Source: Oleiphilus sp. (GTDB lineage: Bacteria; Pseudomonadota; Gammaproteobacteria; Pseudomonadales; Oleiphilaceae). From it: a DNA stretch of 64,000 bases. Shown here piece after piece: positions 56,312-64,000 of the stretch. The position numbers and the translations under genes are program-made. Location of the stretch: assembly GCA_006212045.1 (NCBI GenBank), contig PZPK01000010.1, forward strand, positions 55,314-119,313. Direction: 5' to 3'. Numbering within the stretch: position 1 is the first letter of the stretch; every line of letters begins with the position of its first letter. A model generated the notes under the pieces. That model did no database searches. It saw nothing but the letters and a program-made list of their open reading frames with translations, and was not told the DNA's origin.

Positions 56312-56764
56312 ATGCAGTCCATAAAAGTACGTGACTACATGAGTCCCAACGTCATGACCTTCAAGCCTGAAGACAGCGTAATCGATGCCTTGAGACGACT
56401 CATCAAAAATGGCCGTTCCGGTGCGCCGGTGATCGACAACCAGGGCAGGCTTGTTGGTATTCTTTCGGAGCTTGACTGCCTGAAGGAAGCCCTGATGGGT
56501 GGTTATTTTCAGGAAGCCGGAGACCGGGTGGCCGACCACATGACTGGCAATCCGGACGCCGTCCAGCAGGATGACAATATTCTGGTCACCTCAGAGCTGT
56601 TTCTGAAAGGTAGGCGGCGCCTGCCGGTTCTGGATGGCGAAACACTGGTTGGTATCATCACACGACAGGATTTCGGTCGTGCCCTGATCGAAACCATTGA
56701 CCATCCTGCGCATGGTGAGATTGTTTACCATGGCGCTCACGTGCACACTGACGGCGTGGTCTGA
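56312..56764 (+). CDS. CBS domain-containing protein
   Basis: 150 aa with two CBS repeats (VRDYMSPNVMTF...GAPVIDNQGRLVGILSE; VADHMTGNPDAV...RLPVLDGETLVGIITRQD). Confidence 0.8.
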   Translation: MQSIKVRDYMSPNVMTFKPEDSVIDALRRLIKNGRSGAPVIDNQGRLVGILSELDCLKEALMGGYFQEAGDRVADHMTGNPDAVQQDDNILVTSELFLKGRRRLPVLDGETLVGIITRQDFGRALIETIDHPAHGEIVYHGAHVHTDGVV

Positions 56765-56771
56765 AGCACCC

Positions 56772-58604
56772 CTATTTACCGTTTGTGGGCTCTTCTGCGG
56801 GCTCCTGAGCTTTAACAAGGCTCAGGACCTCCCAACCTTCCACGGGTATCACACTGCCTTCCCCTCCGAGCGGCAACACCTTGCGTTGCGGACTAATGGC
56901 CAATAACGGCGTCACCCGACTGCCATTCTGCGCAAGATAATCCTGATACCCGAACTCCGCTGAAAGCTGCGTCACTTTTACCGTTGCGCCTTTACTCAAC
57001 AGGCTTGCCAGCTTGGCGTAGGTCACCGAGTTATCAAACTGACTCCGAGTGCGTTTGAATTTTTCGGCAGATTGGTGACTTGCACGGGCATCCTGCTCAC
57101 CTTCAGAAAGGCCATACACATTATCTGAACCCATCAGGTCCATGTAATGATAGGTCGCCAAGGTGTTCAACTGGCGGTAAGGGGAAATCGCAATGGTCGT
57201 ACCGATGCCTGTCAGATCCAGATTATTCTCGGCATGTTCGGATACCGGATTGCCATAATAAACACGCAGATTATCCATCCGCGCAGCACGAACGTTCTCC
57301 CAACTGGTATCGGTCAACACCACCGGAATATCCTTGATCGACAGGGCTTTCGCTACTTCCCGCGCAACGGCGTTGGCGCCGATAAAGAGCATACCGTTGC
57401 TGGCCACCTCGCGTACCTTCAAAACTGTTGCGAGCGCTGAAGAGGTCAGGCTTTGCAGTATGACTGTGACCACAATGACCAAAAATACCAGCGGCACCAA
57501 TGCACTTGCATCGGCATAACCGGCCGCTTCCAGTTTAAAAGCAAATAACGCCGATACCGCCGCAGCCACGATACCGCGCGGGGCAACCCAGCTCAGGAAA
57601 GTTTTTTCCTGCCAGCTCAGGTCTGTGCCGATAGCCGCCAACCAGACTGAAACCGGGCGTGCGACCAGAATCAGGGTCAGAATTACCCAAACCGGCCCCA
57701 TGCCCAGAGAGGTCAGTGAACCGAGATCAATACGTGCCGCCAGCAGAATAAACAGACCGGATATCAGCAAGACGCTGAGTGACTCCTTGAACTCCAGAAT
57801 TTCATCGACCGGAACGCCTTTCATGTTTGCCAACCAGATCCCCATAATCGTGATCGTCAGCAGACCCGATTCATGGACCATAAAGTTCGAGTAAGCATAA
57901 ACGCCCAGCATAAAGGTAAGCGTCGCGGCGTTTTGCAGGAATTGGGGAATCCAACGTCCACGCAATGCGGCTCCCAGCACATACCCGGCCGCAACGCCCA
58001 AGGTGGTTGAAAGAATCAGGGTCGCGCCAAAGATCATGAAGGTTTGGCTCAGGGCATTGCCTTCACCGGCACTGGAACTTGAAAGTACAAACTCGAATAC
58101 CAATACCGCCAGCAAAGCGCCAAGCGGGTCAATAACGATGCCTTCCCATTTTAGGATATTACCGATACGACCATTCGGGCGAATCGCCCGCAATAAGGGC
58201 ATGATCACAGTAGGCCCGGTCACCACAACGATGGCGCCAAACAAAGCAGCCACTTCCCAGGAAAGGTCGATGGCCAGATAGGCCGCAATCGCGCCCACTA
58301 TCCAGGTGGTAAAAGCCCCCGTAAACAGCAGATTGCGCACCATTTTCCCGTGTTCCTGCATCTCGGAAAACTTAAGCGTCAGACTCCCCTCGAAGAGGAT
58401 CACTGCAACAGCCAGAGAAACAATCGGAAACAGCAGATCGCCAAACAGCAGGTCAGGATCGAGATAACCAATACCGGGCCCCATCACAATACCCGCAATC
58501 AGCAGGAACAGAATCGCTGGCAGTCTTAGGCGCCAGGCTACCCACTGACAAATGAGAGAAACAACACCAATACTGGCCAGAGAAATAAGTTGAAGTTCAA
58601 CCAT
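56772..58604 (-). CDS. cation:proton antiporter (CPA1-type Na+/H+ exchanger) with a C-terminal RCK/TrkA-like domain
   Basis: The start is set at MVELQLISLASIG. About 400 aa are polytopic, with the FEGSL motif. A soluble domain (MLFIGANAVAREVAKAL...) follows. Confidence 0.88.
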   Translation of the reverse strand: MVELQLISLASIGVVSLICQWVAWRLRLPAILFLLIAGIVMGPGIGYLDPDLLFGDLLFPIVSLAVAVILFEGSLTLKFSEMQEHGKMVRNLLFTGAFTTWIVGAIAAYLAIDLSWEVAALFGAIVVVTGPTVIMPLLRAIRPNGRIGNILKWEGIVIDPLGALLAVLVFEFVLSSSSAGEGNALSQTFMIFGATLILSTTLGVAAGYVLGAALRGRWIPQFLQNAATLTFMLGVYAYSNFMVHESGLLTITIMGIWLANMKGVPVDEILEFKESLSVLLISGLFILLAARIDLGSLTSLGMGPVWVILTLILVARPVSVWLAAIGTDLSWQEKTFLSWVAPRGIVAAAVSALFAFKLEAAGYADASALVPLVFLVIVVTVILQSLTSSALATVLKVREVASNGMLFIGANAVAREVAKALSIKDIPVVLTDTSWENVRAARMDNLRVYYGNPVSEHAENNLDLTGIGTTIAISPYRQLNTLATYHYMDLMGSDNVYGLSEGEQDARASHQSAEKFKRTRSQFDNSVTYAKLASLLSKGATVKVTQLSAEFGYQDYLAQNGSRVTPLLAISPQRKVLPLGGEGSVIPVEGWEVLSLVKAQEPAEEPTNGK

Positions 58605-58724
58605 CGGAATTTGGAACAGCCTTATCTTTGAAAAGATCCTGTGTTTCGGACCTCTAGTTGTATTAAAACCAGAGTGAAGCGAGTCCACACTGCCATATTC
58701 AGTGTTGCCAACCTCCAGTCTAGA

Positions 58725-59537
58725 CTAGTTTGTACTTTTTTGATCGGATGCCAGCCTCGAAAGTATCCTTGAAACCGCCACGAAACCAAACGTCGCCGTC
58801 ACGTGTGTCGCAGCACCAAAACCGGACGCGCAGTCCAGTTTAACAGGCCCGGCCGTTTCCGGGCGCGTTTGGCATACCGTCCCGTCCCCCTGATCATAAC
58901 GGACCGGTTCGCTGGAATATACAGCATCGACACGAAATCGGCGCTTGGGATTACGGGTAAAACCGTGATGGCGACGAAGGTTGTTTCGCACCTTTGCCAA
59001 TAAGGGGTCCTGCAGGGTTTTACTGAGATCCGTCACGGCAATACGTGTCGGATCCAGTTGGCCTCCGGCCCCGCCTGAAGTAATCATTTTGATTTTATGG
59101 CGACAACAGTGCGCGATCATCGCGGTTTTAGCGCCAACGCTATCGGTGGCATCAAAAACAAAATCAAAGCGCTGGTCCAGTTTATCCAGGACATTTTTTT
59201 CGGTCACAAAACAAAACTCGGGCGTGACCTCGGCATCAGGATTTATTTCACGCAGACGGGCGGCCATCGATTCGACTTTGGTTTTGCCGACGGTACTGCT
59301 CAACGCATGGATCTGGCGATTGGTATTGGACACGCAGATATCGTCCATATCAAACAGACTGATGCGGCCAATCCCGGATCGAGCCAACGCTTCGGCCGCC
59401 CAGGACCCGACACCACCAATGCCGATGATCGCAATATGGCTTTGATGAAAACGCGCCAGTGCGGCCTGGCCATAAAGCCTGGCAATCCCGCCAAATCGCT
59501 GCTGATATTCCGGTGACATCATTGTGCTAGTCTCCAA
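58725..59537 (-). CDS. tcdA: tRNA cyclic N6-threonylcarbamoyladenosine(37) synthase
   Basis: 270 aa. QRFGGIARLYG...IIGIGGVGSW is an E1-like ThiF-fold N-terminus, as in TcdA/CsdL. Confidence 0.9.
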   Translation of the reverse strand: METSTMMSPEYQQRFGGIARLYGQAALARFHQSHIAIIGIGGVGSWAAEALARSGIGRISLFDMDDICVSNTNRQIHALSSTVGKTKVESMAARLREINPDAEVTPEFCFVTEKNVLDKLDQRFDFVFDATDSVGAKTAMIAHCCRHKIKMITSGGAGGQLDPTRIAVTDLSKTLQDPLLAKVRNNLRRHHGFTRNPKRRFRVDAVYSSEPVRYDQGDGTVCQTRPETAGPVKLDCASGFGAATHVTATFGFVAVSRILSRLASDQKSTN

Positions 59538-59542
59538 ACGGC

Positions 59543-61294
59543 TTATCCGGTGGCCGTTTTATCTGATTCTACCCGGTATGAAGACAAACCATAGCGCCTG
59601 CGCTTGGACGGCAATAGCTGTTCGATGTCCACGACAACCAAACCGTCAATGCAATCATTAAAACCCGGATCAACGTTGAAGCTATGGAACGTCACACCAC
59701 CAGGCGAGCATAACCCAGTATATTGCTTGTACAGCACCGGTACCCCGTAGGACATTTGTCCAAGCCCCTGCTTCAACGCCAGAAAGCCCTGTTTGGTATC
59801 CAGGCCATTAAAATATTCCTGCAGTTCCGTTGCCGGTTCCGGACCAACCCTGAAAGGGCGCAAACCTGTCGCAATGGGCTGAGGCGCGCCATAGTAATGG
59901 GTATAGTAGTAGACCAGCATCTCCTGCGCGGCCTGTGAAAATGAATTGCTGATACTGACGGCACCGAGCAGGTACCTGTAATAGGGGCGCGTACGCAAGA
60001 ATGCAGCAATGCCCAACCATAGGTAGTCCAGACTGCGCGAGCCCCAATACTTCGCCTGCACGAAACTACGCCCCAACTCCAGCCCCTGATCGAGCACGTT
60101 GGCCGCCTGCTCGTTATATTTGAACAAGGTTTGCGTATACAGATGCGTGCGCGAAACGGTCGGTTTCAGACGGTAAGCACCGACAATTTCCTTGTTTTTC
60201 TCATTCCAGAGCACGATGTGCAGGTAATCTTCGTCAAAGTCATCCAGGTCACAGGCTTCACCTGTCCCCTCACCTACCAAGCGAAAGGATTCTTCCCGTA
60301 AACGGCCAATTTCCGGCATCACGGCATCACCGGGCGTATAACGATACAGCACGATCTTCATGCCATCAGGCGACTCACCAAGCACCTCACAGGTGGCCAA
60401 GCCGTTTTCCAGCGCAAATTTTTGTTGCGGGGCAACAATATGCTCGGGATGCCTGAACAATGAGGGCTTGTTTTTCGCAACACGATACAACTGTTTTCTG
60501 AACAACTTCGCCTTGGTGGGGCGGGATACTGCAAGGGACGTGTAACAATCCGCGGTGATCGGCTCACCGATTCGCAAGCAAACCTGGCGCGAAGCCATAT
60601 TGAAAATTCTTGCGGCCGCCGTCAGCTTTCGGAAAGGCAGGGTCGCCAAGGAGATACCGTAGTAAATCAGAAAAGGCCTGATATCGAGGTATACCGGAAT
60701 AATCGTTGCACGGGATGTCTCTGCCCAGGAGACAAAACGGCTTTTCCATCGACCATCTTTCAGGTTAGCCAGCTCCACTCGGGAAAGGCCATTAGCCGGG
60801 AAAGCCAGTATAGAGGTATCACCAATCAAATAGGGAGGGTGACTGGCCTCTTCATCCGGCCCATCGGCTTCGATCAGTGCAGGATCAAGCATCTTCTCCT
60901 TGAGCAAATCCAGATGCTGAACCAACGGAATCCTTACCAGCTTCAGATCACCACGGACTTTGGCGAGCAAGTGATAAAGGGCAAGCACTTCCAGAGCACC
61001 GACCGGATGGTTGGCGACAAAAATTACCGGCCCACGGGAAACGATACGTTGCTTCTCATCCTGCCGGAAACGGATTTCCGGATACCCTTGCCGGACAGCC
61101 TCCTGCAATACGCTTTCTACTGATTCCCCTTGCTCCAACGACAAGCGGGTGGGCGGCGCACCGGAGACCAGGGTATCCAGAAGTGCATCAACAGGTCTGC
61201 GAGCCGACAACAAGGCACGCAGCCCTTTGCCTCGCTCTTTTCGCTCAGTTCGACTGTCAGTCTTCAACAACGACCCCCTGGCAGTGGACAGCAA
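59543..61294 (-). CDS. bifunctional acyltransferase: PlsC-like O-acyltransferase N-domain + OlsB-like GNAT N-acyltransferase C-domain (OlsF-like)
   Basis: 583 aa. The N-half has the VANHPVGALE acyltransferase box. The C-half (EESFRLVGEGTGEACDLDDFDEDYLHIVLW...LELGRSFVQAKYWG) resembles OlsB/hemolysin-like GNAT acyltransferases. Confidence 0.65.
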   Translation of the reverse strand: MLSTARGSLLKTDSRTERKERGKGLRALLSARRPVDALLDTLVSGAPPTRLSLEQGESVESVLQEAVRQGYPEIRFRQDEKQRIVSRGPVIFVANHPVGALEVLALYHLLAKVRGDLKLVRIPLVQHLDLLKEKMLDPALIEADGPDEEASHPPYLIGDTSILAFPANGLSRVELANLKDGRWKSRFVSWAETSRATIIPVYLDIRPFLIYYGISLATLPFRKLTAAARIFNMASRQVCLRIGEPITADCYTSLAVSRPTKAKLFRKQLYRVAKNKPSLFRHPEHIVAPQQKFALENGLATCEVLGESPDGMKIVLYRYTPGDAVMPEIGRLREESFRLVGEGTGEACDLDDFDEDYLHIVLWNEKNKEIVGAYRLKPTVSRTHLYTQTLFKYNEQAANVLDQGLELGRSFVQAKYWGSRSLDYLWLGIAAFLRTRPYYRYLLGAVSISNSFSQAAQEMLVYYYTHYYGAPQPIATGLRPFRVGPEPATELQEYFNGLDTKQGFLALKQGLGQMSYGVPVLYKQYTGLCSPGGVTFHSFNVDPGFNDCIDGLVVVDIEQLLPSKRRRYGLSSYRVESDKTATG

Positions 61295-61297
61295 TTA

Positions 61298-62005
61298 TCA
61301 CGCTTGTGTGTCGTATTTTTCAAATACCAGATCCCAGACACCATGCCCCAGTGATACTCCACGTCGTTCAAACTTGGTCTCGGGGCGATACGCCGGCTTT
61401 TTGCTGTAACACCCCTTTCCGGCTGTATTGCGGAAAGCACGGCTGTCTTCAAGCACCGACATCATATGTTCTGCGTAGGGTTCCCAGTCTGTTGCCATAT
61501 GCAGTTGACCGCCCACTTGCAGAAGTGGTTCCAGTCGACGAACGAATTCAGGCTGAACAAGCCGCCGTTTGTGATGCCGCTTCTTGTGCCAGGGGTCGGG
61601 GAAATACAACTGCAACCGATGCAGGGAATTTTCCGGCAGCATCTTATCGATAAGCAGGTTGGCATCACAGCAGGCCAGTTTCAGGTTTTTCAGGCCGGCG
61701 TCACCCGCCTGCGCCAGCAAGGCGCCAACTCCGGGGCGATGTACTTCAACACCCAGAAAATTCTGTTCCGGATTAGCCACCGCCATGTCATAAAGCGACG
61801 CGCCCATCCCGAAGCCGATCTCGAATACCACCGGATTGGAATTGCCGAACAGTGACTCAAAATCCAGCGCTGTCTCAGAGGACTCCAGCCCGAAGGACGA
61901 CCAGTATTCGTCCCAGCCCCTTTTTTGCCCCACAGTCATACGGCTACTGCGAACGACAAAGCTTTTGATACGGCGCAAGTGTTCTTTACTATCGATATCT
62001 GGCAT
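61298..62005 (-). CDS. trmB: tRNA (guanine46-N7)-methyltransferase
   Basis: The start is set at MPDIDSKEHLRRIKSFV (62005). VFEIGFGMG and LYFPDPWHKKRHHKRR motifs are present. Confidence 0.93.
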   Translation of the reverse strand: MPDIDSKEHLRRIKSFVVRSSRMTVGQKRGWDEYWSSFGLESSETALDFESLFGNSNPVVFEIGFGMGASLYDMAVANPEQNFLGVEVHRPGVGALLAQAGDAGLKNLKLACCDANLLIDKMLPENSLHRLQLYFPDPWHKKRHHKRRLVQPEFVRRLEPLLQVGGQLHMATDWEPYAEHMMSVLEDSRAFRNTAGKGCYSKKPAYRPETKFERRGVSLGHGVWDLVFEKYDTQA

Positions 62006-62296
62006 TCGGAACGTCCGGCTCAGGCGGTGCCTGCTGATATAGTGGATGCTTAAAAACGGCGCATGATAGGAACCCATGTCTGAAATAGCAAGTACCCGCC
62101 AGCGTGGTAACAGCGCGGGATCAACGGATGGATTCCCGAGACCAACTGGCACAAAGCGACCTTGCAACAACACAGGATGCCAAATTCAACACACACCATG
62201 CGTGAGCACCCGCACAAACTGGTCATTATTTAACCAGCTGTTACACATTTGATCATTTATTAAACAGATTTAATGTTTGATAGGCGTATACTAATT

Positions 62297-62382
62297 GAAC
62301 AGGTCACGAAGAAGCGATCGTGATTTGTCTTCCTTGAAGAAACCCCTGTTGATAGGAGCCAAACTTTGGCTCCTCTTTTTTT
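62297..62382 (+). ncRNA. candidate structured small RNA ending in an orphan plus-strand terminator
   Basis: A closing stem gaacagg/cctgtt (62297-303 / 62345-350) encloses two hairpins (tcacga/tcgtga and tcttc/gaaga). A terminator ggagcca/tggctcc plus TCTTTTTTTT (62355-62382) follows. There is no plus-strand ORF upstream. Confidence 0.25.
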
Positions 62383-62435
62383 GTCTTCTGTTTTTTGCCA
62401 TCTGGCCCGGTTGTCCCCCATCCATGCACTCACAC

Positions 62436-63038
62436 TTATTGTGAGCGCTGCCGATCAAGCGATCTGTAAGCCACGGCTTCTGCCAGATGCGATGACTGGA
62501 TATCCGCATCACCGGCAAGATCTGCAATCGTCCTGGCTAAGCGGATGATCCGGTGCGCTGCACGCGCAGACAGTGCCAGTTTTTCCATCACACTCTCCAG
62601 CCACCGGTTCAAGTCAGGAGAAAGTGGACAATAACGCTGCAAATCACCGGGATCGAGGCGGCTATTGGCTTTGCCTTGCCGCTGCGACTGCCGTTCTCGG
62701 GCATCAATCACACGCTGTTTTACCTGCGCACTGCTTTCCTGCGCTTTATCGTTGCTCAACAGAACATCGCCGGACTGGTAACCGACTTCAACATGCATAT
62801 CAAAACGGTCCAGCAGAGGACCGGAAAGCTTTCGGCGGTAATGTTGAATCTGCTGGGGTGAATCCTGACAATCAATTTTGGGGTGCCCCAGATACCCGCA
62901 TGGACAGGGGTTCATCGCCGCCACCAGTTGGAAACTGGCCGGAAACCGGACACTCCGGTTGGCACGTGCAATCATGACATGGCCGCTTTCAATGGGTTCT
63001 CTTAACATTTCCAACGCTTTCCGGTCGTATTCTGACAA
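62436..63038 (-). pseudogene. comM: 3' fragment of comM/yifB (Mg-chelatase-like AAA+ competence protein), truncated by a transposon insertion
   Basis: Only the C-terminal ~200 aa are present (LSEYDRKALEMLREPIESG...AAMNPCPCGYLG...SARAAHRIIRLARTIADLAG). Full-length ComM is ~500 aa. Family similarity stops near 63038, and the ORF's first 16 codons read into AT-rich element DNA. Confidence 0.85.
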
Positions 63039-63042
63039 ACCC

Positions 63043-63164
63043 CAAATTAAATGAGAATATAAAGCCACAGAATGGGCTATCTCAAGCAATTTACGTCTAA
63101 ATAAAAGAGAATGATCCCCACATTATTTGAGAACAGGTTACAATAAATCACATTAAATGAGAAT
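63043..63164 (+). repeat. four direct ~16-bp repeats, putative TnsB-binding sites of the transposon end
   Basis: caaattaaatgagaat (63043-58), ctaaataaaagagaat (63097-112), cacattatttgagaac (63119-134) and cacattaaatgagaat (63149-164). All have the same orientation, and all lie between the comM junction and the tnsA start. Confidence 0.6.
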
Positions 63165-63176
63165 GGATTCAGAGGC

Positions 63177-63839
63177 ATGCCAGTACGCGAAATAAAAGCC
63201 GGATATTCGAACGTCACCGGAAAATACCCAAGCATCAAAATGAACCGTGCCATTAGCTTTGAATCGACGCTTGAGCGAGATTTCTATCTACTTTTGGACC
63301 ATGAGAATTCCGTTGATTTTTACGAAGAACAGCCTCGAACAATAAAATACAAGCATCTAAGTAAAAACAGGACCTATACGCCGGATACGTTGGTACGGAG
63401 GCTGTCTGAGTCTCAAGAAGACTACACGCTGTACGAAATCAAATATCGATCGGACCTTTTTTCAAACTGGATGAAGCTAAAACCCAAATTCAAAGCAGCC
63501 ATCCGCTTCTGCAACGAGCAGAACTGGAAGTTCAAAATAATGACTGAAGTTGAGATTCGTACCCCAAGGCTTAAGAATCTGGAGTTTCTAGATCACTTCA
63601 GAAGTACCGTATCCCAAAATGAGGATGCGATCAGGCAAGCCCTCCTGGAATCCATGCTGAGCCTGCAAAAGGCAACTCCTCAAGAACTCATCGCTGTAAC
63701 ATTTAGTGATTTTTCAAATCGCGCAGAAGCACTTCCAGTCCTATGGAGAATGATTGTTGAAGGAGGTATAGGTGTAAACCTTGATTGTCCTTTGGATATG
63801 AACAGCCCTCTTTTCCTGGAAGATTCCGAATATGCGTAG
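63177..63839 (+). CDS. tnsA: Tn7-like transposition protein TnsA (endonuclease)
   Basis: 220 aa. FESTLERDF, YTPDTLV and YEIKYRSDL correspond to the E-D-K catalytic residues of the TnsA restriction-endonuclease fold. A C-terminal winged-helix-like region follows. Confidence 0.88.
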   Translation: MPVREIKAGYSNVTGKYPSIKMNRAISFESTLERDFYLLLDHENSVDFYEEQPRTIKYKHLSKNRTYTPDTLVRRLSESQEDYTLYEIKYRSDLFSNWMKLKPKFKAAIRFCNEQNWKFKIMTEVEIRTPRLKNLEFLDHFRSTVSQNEDAIRQALLESMLSLQKATPQELIAVTFSDFSNRAEALPVLWRMIVEGGIGVNLDCPLDMNSPLFLEDSEYA

Positions 63840-64000
63840 CTTTACGATCTCTCCCGAAGAAGTGCTCATGTGGCGAGGGCTCAAGTATCGCGTTACTCGA
63901 ATCCTAGATCTCGAGCATGTACTCGCAGTCAACTTGCACACAGGAGAGCTGGACAAAATACGCACAGATGAGCTTCAACCAGAGTTTTCGTCGTCTGGTT
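63832..64000 (+). CDS. tnsB: Tn7-like transposase TnsB, N-terminal fragment (runs off the window)
   Basis: The ATG at 63832 overlaps the tnsA stop (ATGCGTAG). The frame MRSFTISPEEVLMWRGLKYRVTRILDLEHVLAVNLHTGELDKIRTDELQP... stays open to the window edge. Position and N-terminal pattern fit TnsB. This frame is not in the ORF track because it has no stop. Confidence 0.6.
   Translation, partial: MRSFTISPEEVLMWRGLKYRVTRILDLEHVLAVNLHTGELDKIRTDELQPEFSSSG

Larger units (their letters stand above)
63039..64000 (+). mobile_element. Tn7-like transposon, tnsA-proximal end (partial; continues beyond the window)
   Basis: The interrupted comM, terminal direct repeats, tnsA and an overlapping tnsB start together support the call. 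The exact terminus is uncertain within about 63030-63043. Confidence 0.8.

Overview
This window looks like gammaproteobacterial chromosome. The gene order resembles Pseudomonadales/Oceanospirillales: cyaA-lptM-lysA-dapF-DUF484-xerC, argH-algZ-algR-hemCDXY and ubiD-rho. About 95% of it is ordinary, densely packed core metabolism: glyQS, nhaA, dcd, apbC/metG, the full rnfABCDGE operon, ppk1-hemB, moeA-moaDE, rho, trmB and tcdA. I call these from recognisable family motifs in the supplied translations; no database search was run.

The clearest non-core signal is at the extreme 3' end (about 62.4-64.0 kb). The Mg-chelatase-like competence gene comM/yifB is reduced to its C-terminal ~200 codons. 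It abuts AT-rich foreign DNA carrying four direct 16-bp repeats, then tnsA with an intact E-D-K nuclease triad, then an overlapping tnsB start that runs off the window. I read this as the tnsA-proximal end of a Tn7-like transposon inserted in comM. Its target-selection genes and cargo, where any new system would sit, lie beyond coordinate 64000 and cannot be seen here.

A second, weaker accessory patch lies at about 29.6-32.9 kb. It holds a DUF3592-like membrane protein, a SutA-like mini-protein, an AT-rich 600-bp gap with a promoter-plus-terminator pair suggesting a ~200-nt sRNA, an orphan FkbM methyltransferase and an acidic-tailed unknown protein.

Other points worth a second look:
- an OlsF-like bifunctional acyltransferase between trmB and tcdA
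- a TVP38/DedA-flavoprotein disulfide reductase fusion
- a tandem duplication in the RnfC tail
- a structured orphan-terminator element between trmB and comM

I found no CRISPR array, rRNA or tRNA. All start codons and family assignments are by-eye calls.
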